DNA of 64,000 bases from Eubacteriales bacterium (GTDB taxonomy: Bacteria > Bacillota > Clostridia > Oscillospirales > QAKW01), in the NCBI GenBank assembly GCA_045593905.1, contig JAZNXL010000055.1:2-64001 (forward strand), written 5' to 3'. Under the pieces are notes generated by a model. That model searched no databases, was not told the DNA's origin, and was given only the letters and a program-made list of their open reading frames with translations. Positions 55,681 through 64,000 of the stretch are shown in pieces (positions within the stretch are counted from its first letter, which is position 1; the number at the start of each line of letters is the position of its first letter). The position numbers and the translations under genes were made by a program.

Positions 55681-56790
55681 ATGGCAAGTTTATCATTAAA
55701 AGGTATTTATAAAAGATACCCCGGCGGCGTAGTAGCTGTTTCTGATTTTAACCTTGAAATCGAAGACAAAGAATTTCTCGTACTCGTTGGTCCTTCAGGT
55801 TGTGGTAAATCAACTACACTTAGAATGATTGCGGGCCTTGAAGAAATCACCGAGGGCGAACTCTATATCGGCGATAAAGTAGTTAACGATATCGCTCCTA
55901 AAGATAGAGATATTGCAATGGTTTTCCAAAACTATGCTCTCTATCCGCATATGACAGTATTCGATAATATGGCATTTGGTCTTAAACTTAGAAAAACACC
56001 TAAGGATGAAATCAAACGCCGCGTTGAAGAAGCTGCAAAAATTCTCGATATCAGCCATCTTCTCGATAGAAAACCGAAGGCTCTTTCGGGTGGTCAGCGT
56101 CAGCGTGTTGCTCTTGGACGTGCTATTGTTCGTGAGCCTAAAGTATTCCTTCTTGACGAACCGCTTTCAAACCTTGATGCTAAGCTTCGTGCACAGATGA
56201 GAACAGAGCTTTCAAAAATTCACCACAACCTTGCAACAACATTTATTTACGTTACTCATGACCAAACTGAAGCTATGACAATGGCTACAAGAATTGTTGT
56301 TATGAAAGACGGCTTTATCCAACAGGTTGATACACCTCAGAACCTTTATAAGTATCCCTGCAATATGTTCGTTGCTGGATTTATCGGTTCACCTCAAATG
56401 AACTTCTTCGATGCTGAAATCGAAGAAAAAGCTGACGGTCTTTACATTAACTTTAAAGGCAACTCACTTAAGCTTCCCGAATCAAAGGTTAACGACGATG
56501 TTAAATCATACGTTGGTAAAACAGTTGTTGTTGGTATTCGTCCTGAGCATGTTCACGACGAAGAAAGATTCCTTGAATCACTTGCTGATTACGCTATCGA
56601 CGCTTCAGTAGAGGTTACAGAGCTTATGGGTGCTGAAACCTTCCTTTATCTCGATGTTAACGGTGCAAAGCTTACTGCAAAAGTTGCTCCTACAACTACT
56701 GCAGAGCCCGACGCTCAAATCAAAGTTGTTCTTGACCTTGATTTTGCACACCTCTTTGACAAAGAGACACAACGTACAATTATTAACTAA
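55681..56790 (+). CDS. Multiple-sugar ABC transporter ATP-binding subunit (MsmX/UgpC-type)
   Basis: [48 protein letters not shown] tail; no adjacent permeases. Confidence 0.93.
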   Translation: MASLSLKGIYKRYPGGVVAVSDFNLEIEDKEFLVLVGPSGCGKSTTLRMIAGLEEITEGELYIGDKVVNDIAPKDRDIAMVFQNYALYPHMTVFDNMAFGLKLRKTPKDEIKRRVEEAAKILDISHLLDRKPKALSGGQRQRVALGRAIVREPKVFLLDEPLSNLDAKLRAQMRTELSKIHHNLATTFIYVTHDQTEAMTMATRIVVMKDGFIQQVDTPQNLYKYPCNMFVAGFIGSPQMNFFDAEIEEKADGLYINFKGNSLKLPESKVNDDVKSYVGKTVVVGIRPEHVHDEERFLESLADYAIDASVEVTELMGAETFLYLDVNGAKLTAKVAPTTTAEPDAQIKVVLDLDFAHLFDKETQRTIIN

Positions 56791-56803
56791 TTTGTGCATA
56801 TTT

Positions 56804-56834
56804 ACCGCTACGTTTTTAGACGTAGCGGTTTTTT
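56804..56834 (+). terminator. Intrinsic terminator
   Basis: accgctacgt-tttta-gacgtagcggtttttt. Confidence 0.75.
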
Positions 56835-56985
56835 ATTGTGTAAAAATGTTAAAAAACTGTAAAAATTTTCAATTAAATTTACGCTCTTGTGCAATTTTAA
56901 CATATAAAATGTAAAAAAACTGTTGAAATCGTAGTGAAAATGTAATAAAATATTATACAAGATAGTTACATTAGGGGGAACTAAA

Positions 56986-58071
56986 ATGTCTAATAGATTT
57001 TTTCAGGGCGTCGTTTACCAATTAAAAGAAAGCATTGATAGAACCGTAGGTGTTATTGATGAATACGGTACAATTATTGCTTGCAGCGATTTAATTAAAA
57101 TTGGTGAAAAACGCGACAATATAATTCCTATGGTTTCTACAACTATGGATATTGTAAAAGATAACGAGTGCACATACAAACCTATTTCTAACAATAATGG
57201 CTTAGAATATATCGCTTTTGTAGATGGTGTTGACGATATTGCTGATAAATTTATTTCGGTTGTTGTAATTGCTCTTGCTAACATTAAACAGTATTACGAT
57301 GAAAAGTTTGATAAGAACAACTTTATTAAAAATGTAATACTCGATAATATCCTGCCGGGTGACATTTATATTAAAGCAAGAGAACTTCATCTTGAGGCTG
57401 AAACACCGCGTGTTGCAATTCTGATTCGTCTTGCTGAAAACGGCGATGTATCGGCGTATGATATTTTACAAAATCTTTTTCCTGATAAGCAAAAGGACTT
57501 TATTATTAACGTTAACGAAACCGATATTGTTCTTGTTAAAGAAGTTAAAGATATTAGTGATACAAAAGACCTTGAAAAGCTTGCAAAAAGTATTGTTGAT
57601 ATTATTAACTCTGACCTTTACGTTAAGGCTTATGTTGGTATTGGTACTATAGTTAACAATATTCGTGATTTGCCGCGTTCGTTTAACGACGCTCAAATTG
57701 CTCTTGAGGTTGGTAAAGTGTTTGATATGGAACGCTTTATTATGACATACGATAATCTTGGTATAGGTAGTCTTATTTATCAACTTCCTACAACACTTTG
57801 CGAAATGTTTTTATCTGAAGTGTTTAAAAAAGGCTCTATAGAGTCACTTGATTATGAAACGTTGTTTACTATTCAAAAGTTCTTTGAAAACAATCTTAAT
57901 GTTTCAGAAACATCAAGAAAGCTTTTTGTACATAGAAACACTCTTGTTTACCGTCTTGAAAAAATCAGAAAACTTACAGGCCTTGACCTTAGAAAGTTTG
58001 ATGATGCTATTGTATTTAAGGTAGCGCTTATGGTAAAGAGATACCTTGTTTCTAATCCAACTAAATTTTAA
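56986..58071 (+). CDS. CdaR/PucR family transcriptional regulator
   Basis: C-terminal NLNVSETSRKLFVHRNTLVYRLEKI..LTGLDL HTH; GGDEF-like middle region. Confidence 0.9.
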   Translation: MSNRFFQGVVYQLKESIDRTVGVIDEYGTIIACSDLIKIGEKRDNIIPMVSTTMDIVKDNECTYKPISNNNGLEYIAFVDGVDDIADKFISVVVIALANIKQYYDEKFDKNNFIKNVILDNILPGDIYIKARELHLEAETPRVAILIRLAENGDVSAYDILQNLFPDKQKDFIINVNETDIVLVKEVKDISDTKDLEKLAKSIVDIINSDLYVKAYVGIGTIVNNIRDLPRSFNDAQIALEVGKVFDMERFIMTYDNLGIGSLIYQLPTTLCEMFLSEVFKKGSIESLDYETLFTIQKFFENNLNVSETSRKLFVHRNTLVYRLEKIRKLTGLDLRKFDDAIVFKVALMVKRYLVSNPTKF

Positions 58072-58086
58072 TTTGAGTAGGTTACA

Positions 58087-58776
58087 ATGATTTTATTTGA
58101 TGATGTTTATAAAAACTATCCAAACGGAACAAACGCGTTAAAGGGCATTAGCTTTAAAATTGAAGACGGAGAGTTTGTTTTTGTTATTGGACACAGCGGC
58201 GCAGGTAAAAGTACACTTATAAAGCTTTTACTACGCGAAGAAAAACAAACAAGCGGAAAAATAATTGTTAACGATTTTAATTTAAATAAAATTAAAACAA
58301 ACAAAATTCCGCATCTTCGTAGAAGTATGGGTGTTGTTTTTCAAGATTTTCGCTTAATAGAAACAATGACAGTATATGAAAACGTCGCTTTTGCAATGCG
58401 AGTAATCGGTTGCTCTAATAGGGTAATAAGACGCCGTGTGCCTTATGTTCTTGGGGTTGTAGGTCTTGGTCACAAGTCTAAAAACTATCCTAAGGAATTA
58501 TCGGGTGGTGAGCAACAGCGTGTAGCGCTTGCCCGTGCTCTTGCAAATAACCCTAAAACAATTATTGCTGACGAGCCTACAGGTAACGTTGACCCTGCTC
58601 TTGCTCGTGAAATTATGGAATTGTTAATTGAAATCAACAAAATGGGCACCACTGTTATTGTAATTACACACGATAAAACTCTTGTTGATGATTTTTCAAA
58701 GCGTGTAATTGCGTTAAAAAACGGACAAATTATTAGTGACACAATGGGTGGTTATAATTATAATGAACACAGGTAG
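58087..58776 (+). CDS. ftsE: Cell division ATP-binding protein
   Basis: GHSGAGKST, VVFQDFRL, LSGGEQQR, ADEPTGN. Confidence 0.94.
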   Translation: MILFDDVYKNYPNGTNALKGISFKIEDGEFVFVIGHSGAGKSTLIKLLLREEKQTSGKIIVNDFNLNKIKTNKIPHLRRSMGVVFQDFRLIETMTVYENVAFAMRVIGCSNRVIRRRVPYVLGVVGLGHKSKNYPKELSGGEQQRVALARALANNPKTIIADEPTGNVDPALAREIMELLIEINKMGTTVIVITHDKTLVDDFSKRVIALKNGQIISDTMGGYNYNEHR

Positions 58777-59665
58777 TATTGCTTATTTTATAAAAACAGC
58801 ATTTAAGAGTATGTATAAAAACGCTCTTATGACTATTGCTTCAATTTTTGTCCTTATTGCTTGTATGATTATTATTGGCTCTGTATATCTTACAGGTGCT
58901 AACGTTGTAAGCTTTATGTCAAAACTTGAGGCGCAAAATGAAATTGTAGCTTTTATTGACGACGATTATAAAGACGATAGCTTATCAAGAAAAAATCTTT
59001 GTCAAAAGGTTAGCGCAATTAAAGGTGTAGAGTCAGTTGAGTATATTACTAAAGAACAGGCTTTTGCCGAATACAGAGACGGTCTTGGTTCTAATGGTGC
59101 ATATCTTGAAGGATATGACGGCGAAGACAATCCGCTCCGTAACGAGCTTCGTATTAAAATTAACGATTTATCACGTTTTTCGAAAATTTCAAAAGAAATT
59201 TCAAAGCTTGATGAAATCGCCAATATCCGTGATTCACAAGATATTGTTGATGTTTTGATTTCGGTACGCAAGGTTCTTACAGTTTTAGGTGTTTGGATAA
59301 TAGCAATTCTTGCAGTTGTTTCACTATTTATAATTTCAAATACCATAAAACTTGCGATGCATAATAGAAGAAACGAAATTAACATTATGAAGTATGTGGG
59401 CGCCACAAACTCGTTTATAAGATTTCCGTTTATACTCGAGGGTGTTCTTATGGGTGTTATTTCAACAGCCGTTGCGTTACTTGCGCAGTGGTGTCTATAC
59501 ACTTATGCTATTATTCCGCTTTTAAGTGACCTTTCGTTCCTTTCTTCGAGCATTGTTCCATTTAAAGATATGTTTAGCGTGCTGCTAATTATATTTGCAT
59601 TAATAGGATTTTTAGTTGGTATATTTGGCAGCTCCCTTTCGATGAGAAAATATTTAAAGGTTTAG
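58763..59665 (+). CDS. ftsX: Cell division permease
   Basis: ISNTIKL...RRNEI.IMKYVGAT..FIRFPF..EG; start ATG 58763. Confidence 0.94.
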   Translation: MNTGSIAYFIKTAFKSMYKNALMTIASIFVLIACMIIIGSVYLTGANVVSFMSKLEAQNEIVAFIDDDYKDDSLSRKNLCQKVSAIKGVESVEYITKEQAFAEYRDGLGSNGAYLEGYDGEDNPLRNELRIKINDLSRFSKISKEISKLDEIANIRDSQDIVDVLISVRKVLTVLGVWIIAILAVVSLFIISNTIKLAMHNRRNEINIMKYVGATNSFIRFPFILEGVLMGVISTAVALLAQWCLYTYAIIPLLSDLSFLSSSIVPFKDMFSVLLIIFALIGFLVGIFGSSLSMRKYLKV

Positions 59666-59668
59666 TTT

Positions 59669-60865
59669 ATGAGTAATAAAGTAAGATTTTTAGCTTTAAT
59701 TATCATTATATTAATGGCGGTTTCAATGATTTCGTCATTTGTTATTGTTGGCAGTGTAGCAAAAGCTCAGTCTGTTGACGATATGCAACAGCAACTCGAG
59801 GAACTTGCAAAGAAAAAGCAAAAGCTTGAGCAAGAACTTAATGCTATCTCTCAAAAAAAGAAAAACGAGCTTGAAAAAAAGAGTATTATTGATGAACAGG
59901 TTAATGCCACGCGTGATGAAATTAACGTTCTAAACGGCGTTATTAATTCGCTTGATAAACAACTTGATAATGCACAAAATGAGCTTGATACTGCTTCTAA
60001 AACATTAGACGAAAAGTTACAACTCAGCAAAAACAGAATCAGAAGCGCCTATGAACAAGGCGAGGCTTCTTATTTAGAAATAATTATACAATCAAAAAGT
60101 GTTTATGATTTTATAAGTAAAATCGAAATAGTTTCACAGATTGCAAACCGCGATAAAGAGGTAATTGAACAGGTTAAAAAAAGCAAAGAAACTATCGAGG
60201 CTAAAAAAATCGAGATTGAACAAAGCAAGGCTGAAAAAGAAAAAAATGCCGAGTCTTTGAAATCGAAGCAAAACTCTTTATCAAAAAAACAAGCCCAAAG
60301 CGACCAGCTTATTCAAGAAATTAATTCTGATGCGGCCGCTACAAAACGTGCTGTTCTTGCGGCCGAGGCTGAAGAAGAGAAACTACAGGCTGAAATTAGA
60401 AAAATGCTTTCTTCTTCGGGTAATTCCGAGCTGATTGACACCGGTGAGTTTAGATGGCCTCTTAATACAAAGTTTAATAATATTACAAGTAAGTTTGGAT
60501 ATAGAACACACCCGGTTACCGGCAAATATAAACTCCATACGGGTGTTGATATTGCAAGCTCGGGTATTAAAGGTAGCTCTATTTACGCTGCAAAAGGCGG
60601 AACTGTTTTAAAAGCCGGTTATAATACAGGATACGGTAACTATGTGCTTATTGACCACGGTGGTGGATATGCTACACTTTATGGCCATGCAAGTACACTT
60701 ACAGTAAGTGCAGGTCAAAATGTTTCAAGGGGCGATGTTTTAGGCTATGTTGGAAGCACTGGCTACTCAACAGGACCACATCTCCACTTTGAAATTATTA
60801 AAAACGGTGAATATACAAACCCATTAACCTATTTTAGCGGTGTTATGTCGTTTACCTATTATTAA
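59669..60865 (+). CDS. Coiled-coil M23 peptidase (EnvC/CwlO-like FtsEX partner)
   Basis: Signal peptide, long coiled coil, HTGVD, YGH, STGPHLHFE. Confidence 0.9.
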   Translation: MSNKVRFLALIIIILMAVSMISSFVIVGSVAKAQSVDDMQQQLEELAKKKQKLEQELNAISQKKKNELEKKSIIDEQVNATRDEINVLNGVINSLDKQLDNAQNELDTASKTLDEKLQLSKNRIRSAYEQGEASYLEIIIQSKSVYDFISKIEIVSQIANRDKEVIEQVKKSKETIEAKKIEIEQSKAEKEKNAESLKSKQNSLSKKQAQSDQLIQEINSDAAATKRAVLAAEAEEEKLQAEIRKMLSSSGNSELIDTGEFRWPLNTKFNNITSKFGYRTHPVTGKYKLHTGVDIASSGIKGSSIYAAKGGTVLKAGYNTGYGNYVLIDHGGGYATLYGHASTLTVSAGQNVSRGDVLGYVGSTGYSTGPHLHFEIIKNGEYTNPLTYFSGVMSFTYY

Positions 60866-60874
60866 AGGTGTTTT

Positions 60875-62116
60875 ATGAAAAAGAAAATTGAAGTTGGTAC
60901 AGTTATTTTTATTGTAATAGTTGCTATTGTTTTATCGGCTATTACAACGTATATGTATTTAACAAGTCTTATGCCAAGTCTTGTTGCAAAAGAGTCGTTT
61001 TACGATAAAATTACCGAGGTTGAAAATACCATCAAACAACGCTATGTAGGCGACGTTGACGACAAAAAAGCAATGGAATCATTGTTATATGGCTATGTTT
61101 CCGGTGTCGATAAGTATAGTACTTATCTCAATGCCGATGACTATGCTACCTATATGGAACAATTAGACGGCAAGTACTCTGGTATAGGTATTACAACAAA
61201 GTATATTTCAAGCAGCGGACTTTTACAGGTTGTAAATGTCAACTCTAATTCTCCTGCTCAAAATGCTAATATCAAGGCAGGGGATTTGATTGTTAAAATC
61301 GGTGAAAAAGATGTAAGTTCTATCTCATATGATGAGGCTATTTCGCTCCTTCGCGCTGAAATTGGTACCGAAATGACTCTTGTTGTAATGCGCGATGAAA
61401 AAGAAATTACAAAAAAACTTACCGTAGCACAGTATCAAACATCAAGCATTGAATATAAAATGCTTTTAGACGATATAGGGTATGTATACATTAGCGAGTT
61501 TAGTAATACTACCTTTGACGACTTTAAAAAGGCTGTTGAAACACTCGAGACAGATGGCGCTCAAAAGTTTGTTTTTGATGTGAGAAACAACTCGGGCGGC
61601 AGTCTTACATCGGTTGTTAAAATTCTTGATTATTTGTTACCACAAGGAAAGCTTGTTACACTTAAAGATAAAGCAGGTAATGAAACCGAATATTCTTCAA
61701 ATAAAGACAGCTTTGACAAGGAGTATACTGTAATAATTAACGGTTCAACCTATAGTGGCGGTGAACTTTTTGCTGCGGCAATTAAAGATTTTAAAGCTGC
61801 AAAATTAATAGGTAAAACCACCTACGGCAAAGGCTATGCTCAAGAAATTATACCTCTTTCAGAAGGCGCTATTTATCTTTCAACAAAGCTTTATTATCCG
61901 CCGAGCGGCGAAAACTATGAGGGCGTAGGCGTAGCTCCTGATATTGAAATTGATATTGCTACTGAACTTGAAAATAATTTCTATAACCTTGAAATTAAAG
62001 ACGATACTCAGCTTGCCGAGGCATTGAAAACACTTGGTAAAACAATTGAATCGGAAGATGCAGACGAACAACCTGCTGACCAAGAACAAAACGACGAAGA
62101 AGACAAAAAAGATTAA
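60875..62116 (+). CDS. S41 C-terminal processing peptidase (CtpA-like)
   Basis: GIGI PDZ loop, DVRNNSGG, TYSGGE, TYGKG, GVAPD. Confidence 0.9.
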   Translation: MKKKIEVGTVIFIVIVAIVLSAITTYMYLTSLMPSLVAKESFYDKITEVENTIKQRYVGDVDDKKAMESLLYGYVSGVDKYSTYLNADDYATYMEQLDGKYSGIGITTKYISSSGLLQVVNVNSNSPAQNANIKAGDLIVKIGEKDVSSISYDEAISLLRAEIGTEMTLVVMRDEKEITKKLTVAQYQTSSIEYKMLLDDIGYVYISEFSNTTFDDFKKAVETLETDGAQKFVFDVRNNSGGSLTSVVKILDYLLPQGKLVTLKDKAGNETEYSSNKDSFDKEYTVIINGSTYSGGELFAAAIKDFKAAKLIGKTTYGKGYAQEIIPLSEGAIYLSTKLYYPPSGENYEGVGVAPDIEIDIATELENNFYNLEIKDDTQLAEALKTLGKTIESEDADEQPADQEQNDEEDKKD

Positions 62117-62152
62117 ACAAAAACCCAACCGATATATCGGTTGGGTTTTGTT
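62117..62152. terminator. Bidirectional terminator
   Basis: aaaacccaaccgat-at-atcggttgggtttt. Confidence 0.8.
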
Positions 62153-62189
62153 CATTAAATCTTAAATATTTAGGATATTTATTATTGAT

Positions 62190-62687
62190 TTATTTTGTTG
62201 TTATGTTTAGTATTTCGGCGACATACATTCTATGCATACCGCCTGAAGAATAGGTTTTTTCGAACGCTTCGGTATCTACAAAACAATCTTTCTCAATGTC
62301 TTGTTTATACATCGTTTTGCACTCAATGTTAATTCTTGCTTCGCTTATAACAGGTGTTTCGTTGTCGGTGTATTCTAAAGTAAAACCACACTCTTTAAAT
62401 TTGTCGTAGTTCTTACCGCTGTTTCTTCCGCAAAATGTGAGTTTTTGTTTATATTCAGGTTCAAAAAAAGATAGTGAGAATGTTTTATGCTTTTCTAAAA
62501 ATTCGTAAGTATATCTTTCGGGTCTCACATAAATTATTGCAATATTTTTAAAACAAAACACACCAAAGCCGCCAAAGCTTGCGGTCATTGTATTAGCTTT
62601 TTGCTTATCGCCGGCAGTAATCAGCATCCAATCGTTTTCGATTAATTTAAAAATATTATCTTGTAATTCTTTTGTAGTAATGTTCAT
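62190..62687 (-). CDS. Flavin reductase-like (flavoredoxin) protein
   Basis: WMLITAG...NTMT, YVRPERYT, CGRNSG...DK, H.MYVAEI. Confidence 0.85.
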   Translation of the reverse strand: MNITTKELQDNIFKLIENDWMLITAGDKQKANTMTASFGGFGVFCFKNIAIIYVRPERYTYEFLEKHKTFSLSFFEPEYKQKLTFCGRNSGKNYDKFKECGFTLEYTDNETPVISEARINIECKTMYKQDIEKDCFVDTEAFEKTYSSGGMHRMYVAEILNITTK

Positions 62688-62791
62688 AATCTATTCCTCC
62701 TTGTTATATTTTATCATTATTCTGAAAAATTCGCAATAATTATCTTGTTTTATTATTTTTGAATAAAATAAAATAAAAACATGGTGATATT

Positions 62792-63019
62792 ATGACTGTA
62801 AAGTGCAAAAACCTTACAAATGCAATAAGAGCAAGTAAAGCACTTGCAAAAAACAATATAAATTGCAGTGTTATAAAACTAACAGATGAAAAAAGCGGTG
62901 GCGGCTGTATTCATGCCATAACCTTTTCAGATGAGCAAACTAATCGCGCGCTTCAAATAATGAATTTAAACGGAGTAAAGCTTCATAGTAAAGAAAATTT
63001 AAAATACGGTGGCGAGTAA
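62792..63019 (+). CDS. DUF3343-like small protein (putative S/Se carrier)
   Basis: T.AIRASKAL...GGCIHAI pattern; directly upstream of a cysteine desulfurase. Confidence 0.6.
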   Translation: MTVKCKNLTNAIRASKALAKNNINCSVIKLTDEKSGGGCIHAITFSDEQTNRALQIMNLNGVKLHSKENLKYGGE

Positions 63020-63020
63020 A

Positions 63021-64000
63021 ATGATATATTTCGATAATAGCGCCTCGTCTTATCCAAAACCGCCAACAGTAATTAATGAGGTTTGCAGTTTTATAAAGCA
63101 TAACGGTGCAAACCCTGGCAGAAGTTCACATAAACCTGCAATAACTGCTGCTGAAAAAATTTATGAAACACGCGAAACTATTGCAAAGTTTTTTGGTGTT
63201 TCAAATGCCGAGAATGTTGTTTTTGTTCCAAACGCCACGTATGGTCTAAATATGGTTATACAGGGCGTTGTGAACAGCGGCGACGAAATTGTTATAACTG
63301 ACCTTGAACACAATAGTGTAATAAGACCTGTTCATAATCTTTTTGTAAATAAAGGTATTAAATACAAAATAGCCAAAACCGATTTGTACAATGACCGGGT
63401 CACCGTTGAAAATATTGCAAACTGTATAACCAATAAAACAAAGCTTGTGGTGTGTACACAGTGTTCAAATACTTGTGGTAAAGTTTTACCCATTAAAGAA
63501 ATTGCAAATATACTTCCTGTAAACGTCAAATTTCTTGTTGATGGTTCTCAAGGTGCGGGAAGTGTTGCGATTAATTTAGAAAAATATGGTGTTGACTATT
63601 ATTGCGCCCCATCTCACAAGGGGCTTATGGGTATTCAGGGCAGCGGATTTTTAGCGATTAATTCAACCTTACCAAAACCAATTATGTTTGGTGGTACGGG
63701 CAGTGATAGCAATAACTTATTAATGCCCGGTTATTTGCCCGATGCGCTTGAAAGCGGTACACTTGCTACCCCTGCAATAATCAGTATGAAAAAAGGAATA
63801 GACTTTATAAATTCAGTGGGTATAGAAAAAATCTATAATCACAAAGTCAACCTTACTCGAATTTTAGATTTTAAGCTGAAACAACTTGAAAACGCTATAA
63901 CATACACCGACTGTAAGAAAAATGATTTTTGCGGTGTGTACTGCTTTAATCTAAAAAGCAAGCCTTGTTGGGAGATTGCACAGTTTTTGTCAGAAAACGA
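63021..64000 (+). CDS. Cysteine desulfurase-family PLP enzyme (class V aminotransferase), runs off the right edge
   Basis: Own translation: MIYFDNSASSYPKP...ANPGRSSH...NATYGLN...LEHNSV.RP...VDGSQGAG...SHKGLMG...ESGT. Confidence 0.9.
   Translation, partial: MIYFDNSASSYPKPPTVINEVCSFIKHNGANPGRSSHKPAITAAEKIYETRETIAKFFGVSNAENVVFVPNATYGLNMVIQGVVNSGDEIVITDLEHNSVIRPVHNLFVNKGIKYKIAKTDLYNDRVTVENIANCITNKTKLVVCTQCSNTCGKVLPIKEIANILPVNVKFLVDGSQGAGSVAINLEKYGVDYYCAPSHKGLMGIQGSGFLAINSTLPKPIMFGGTGSDSNNLLMPGYLPDALESGTLATPAIISMKKGIDFINSVGIEKIYNHKVNLTRILDFKLKQLENAITYTDCKKNDFCGVYCFNLKSKPCWEIAQFLSEN

Overview
A 64-kb chromosomal window from a low-GC, spore-forming Firmicute (Clostridia-like, judged from spoIIGA-sigE, CIRCE, HPr and a TPP riboswitch). 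Most of it is housekeeping: luxS/mtnN, a complete his operon, a BlaI/BlaR1-type pair, htpG, thiT, a class III ribonucleotide reductase locus, split B12-dependent methionine synthase, ldh, five tRNAs, cysK, spoIIGA-sigE, a murJ/O-antigen-ligase/DUF4330 cluster, an EF-G paralogue and ftsEX-envC-ctpA. Two loci stand out. (1) A ~3.5-kb integrase-less islet (~36650-40180) sits at the 3' end of tRNA-Pro(GGG). It encodes an AbiTii-like protein and a 702-aa protein made of eight 70-aa zinc-ribbon repeats with a PD-(D/E)xK nuclease-like domain inserted between repeats 5 and 6. Repeat variation is concentrated at a few fixed positions, which suggests a modular sequence-reading nuclease or defence system. 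The tRNA now has a non-canonical C1:C72 acceptor end. (2) An operon of three HflK/HflC-like SPFH proteins plus an atypical P1B-type metal ATPase runs directly into metF-metH. Secondary points: a glutaredoxin-fused NrdD beside a thioredoxin reductase lacking the NADPH-binding arginines, a tRNA-His with an A19:U56 elbow pair, and several readable operators. All calls come from motif recognition by eye; no database searches were run.
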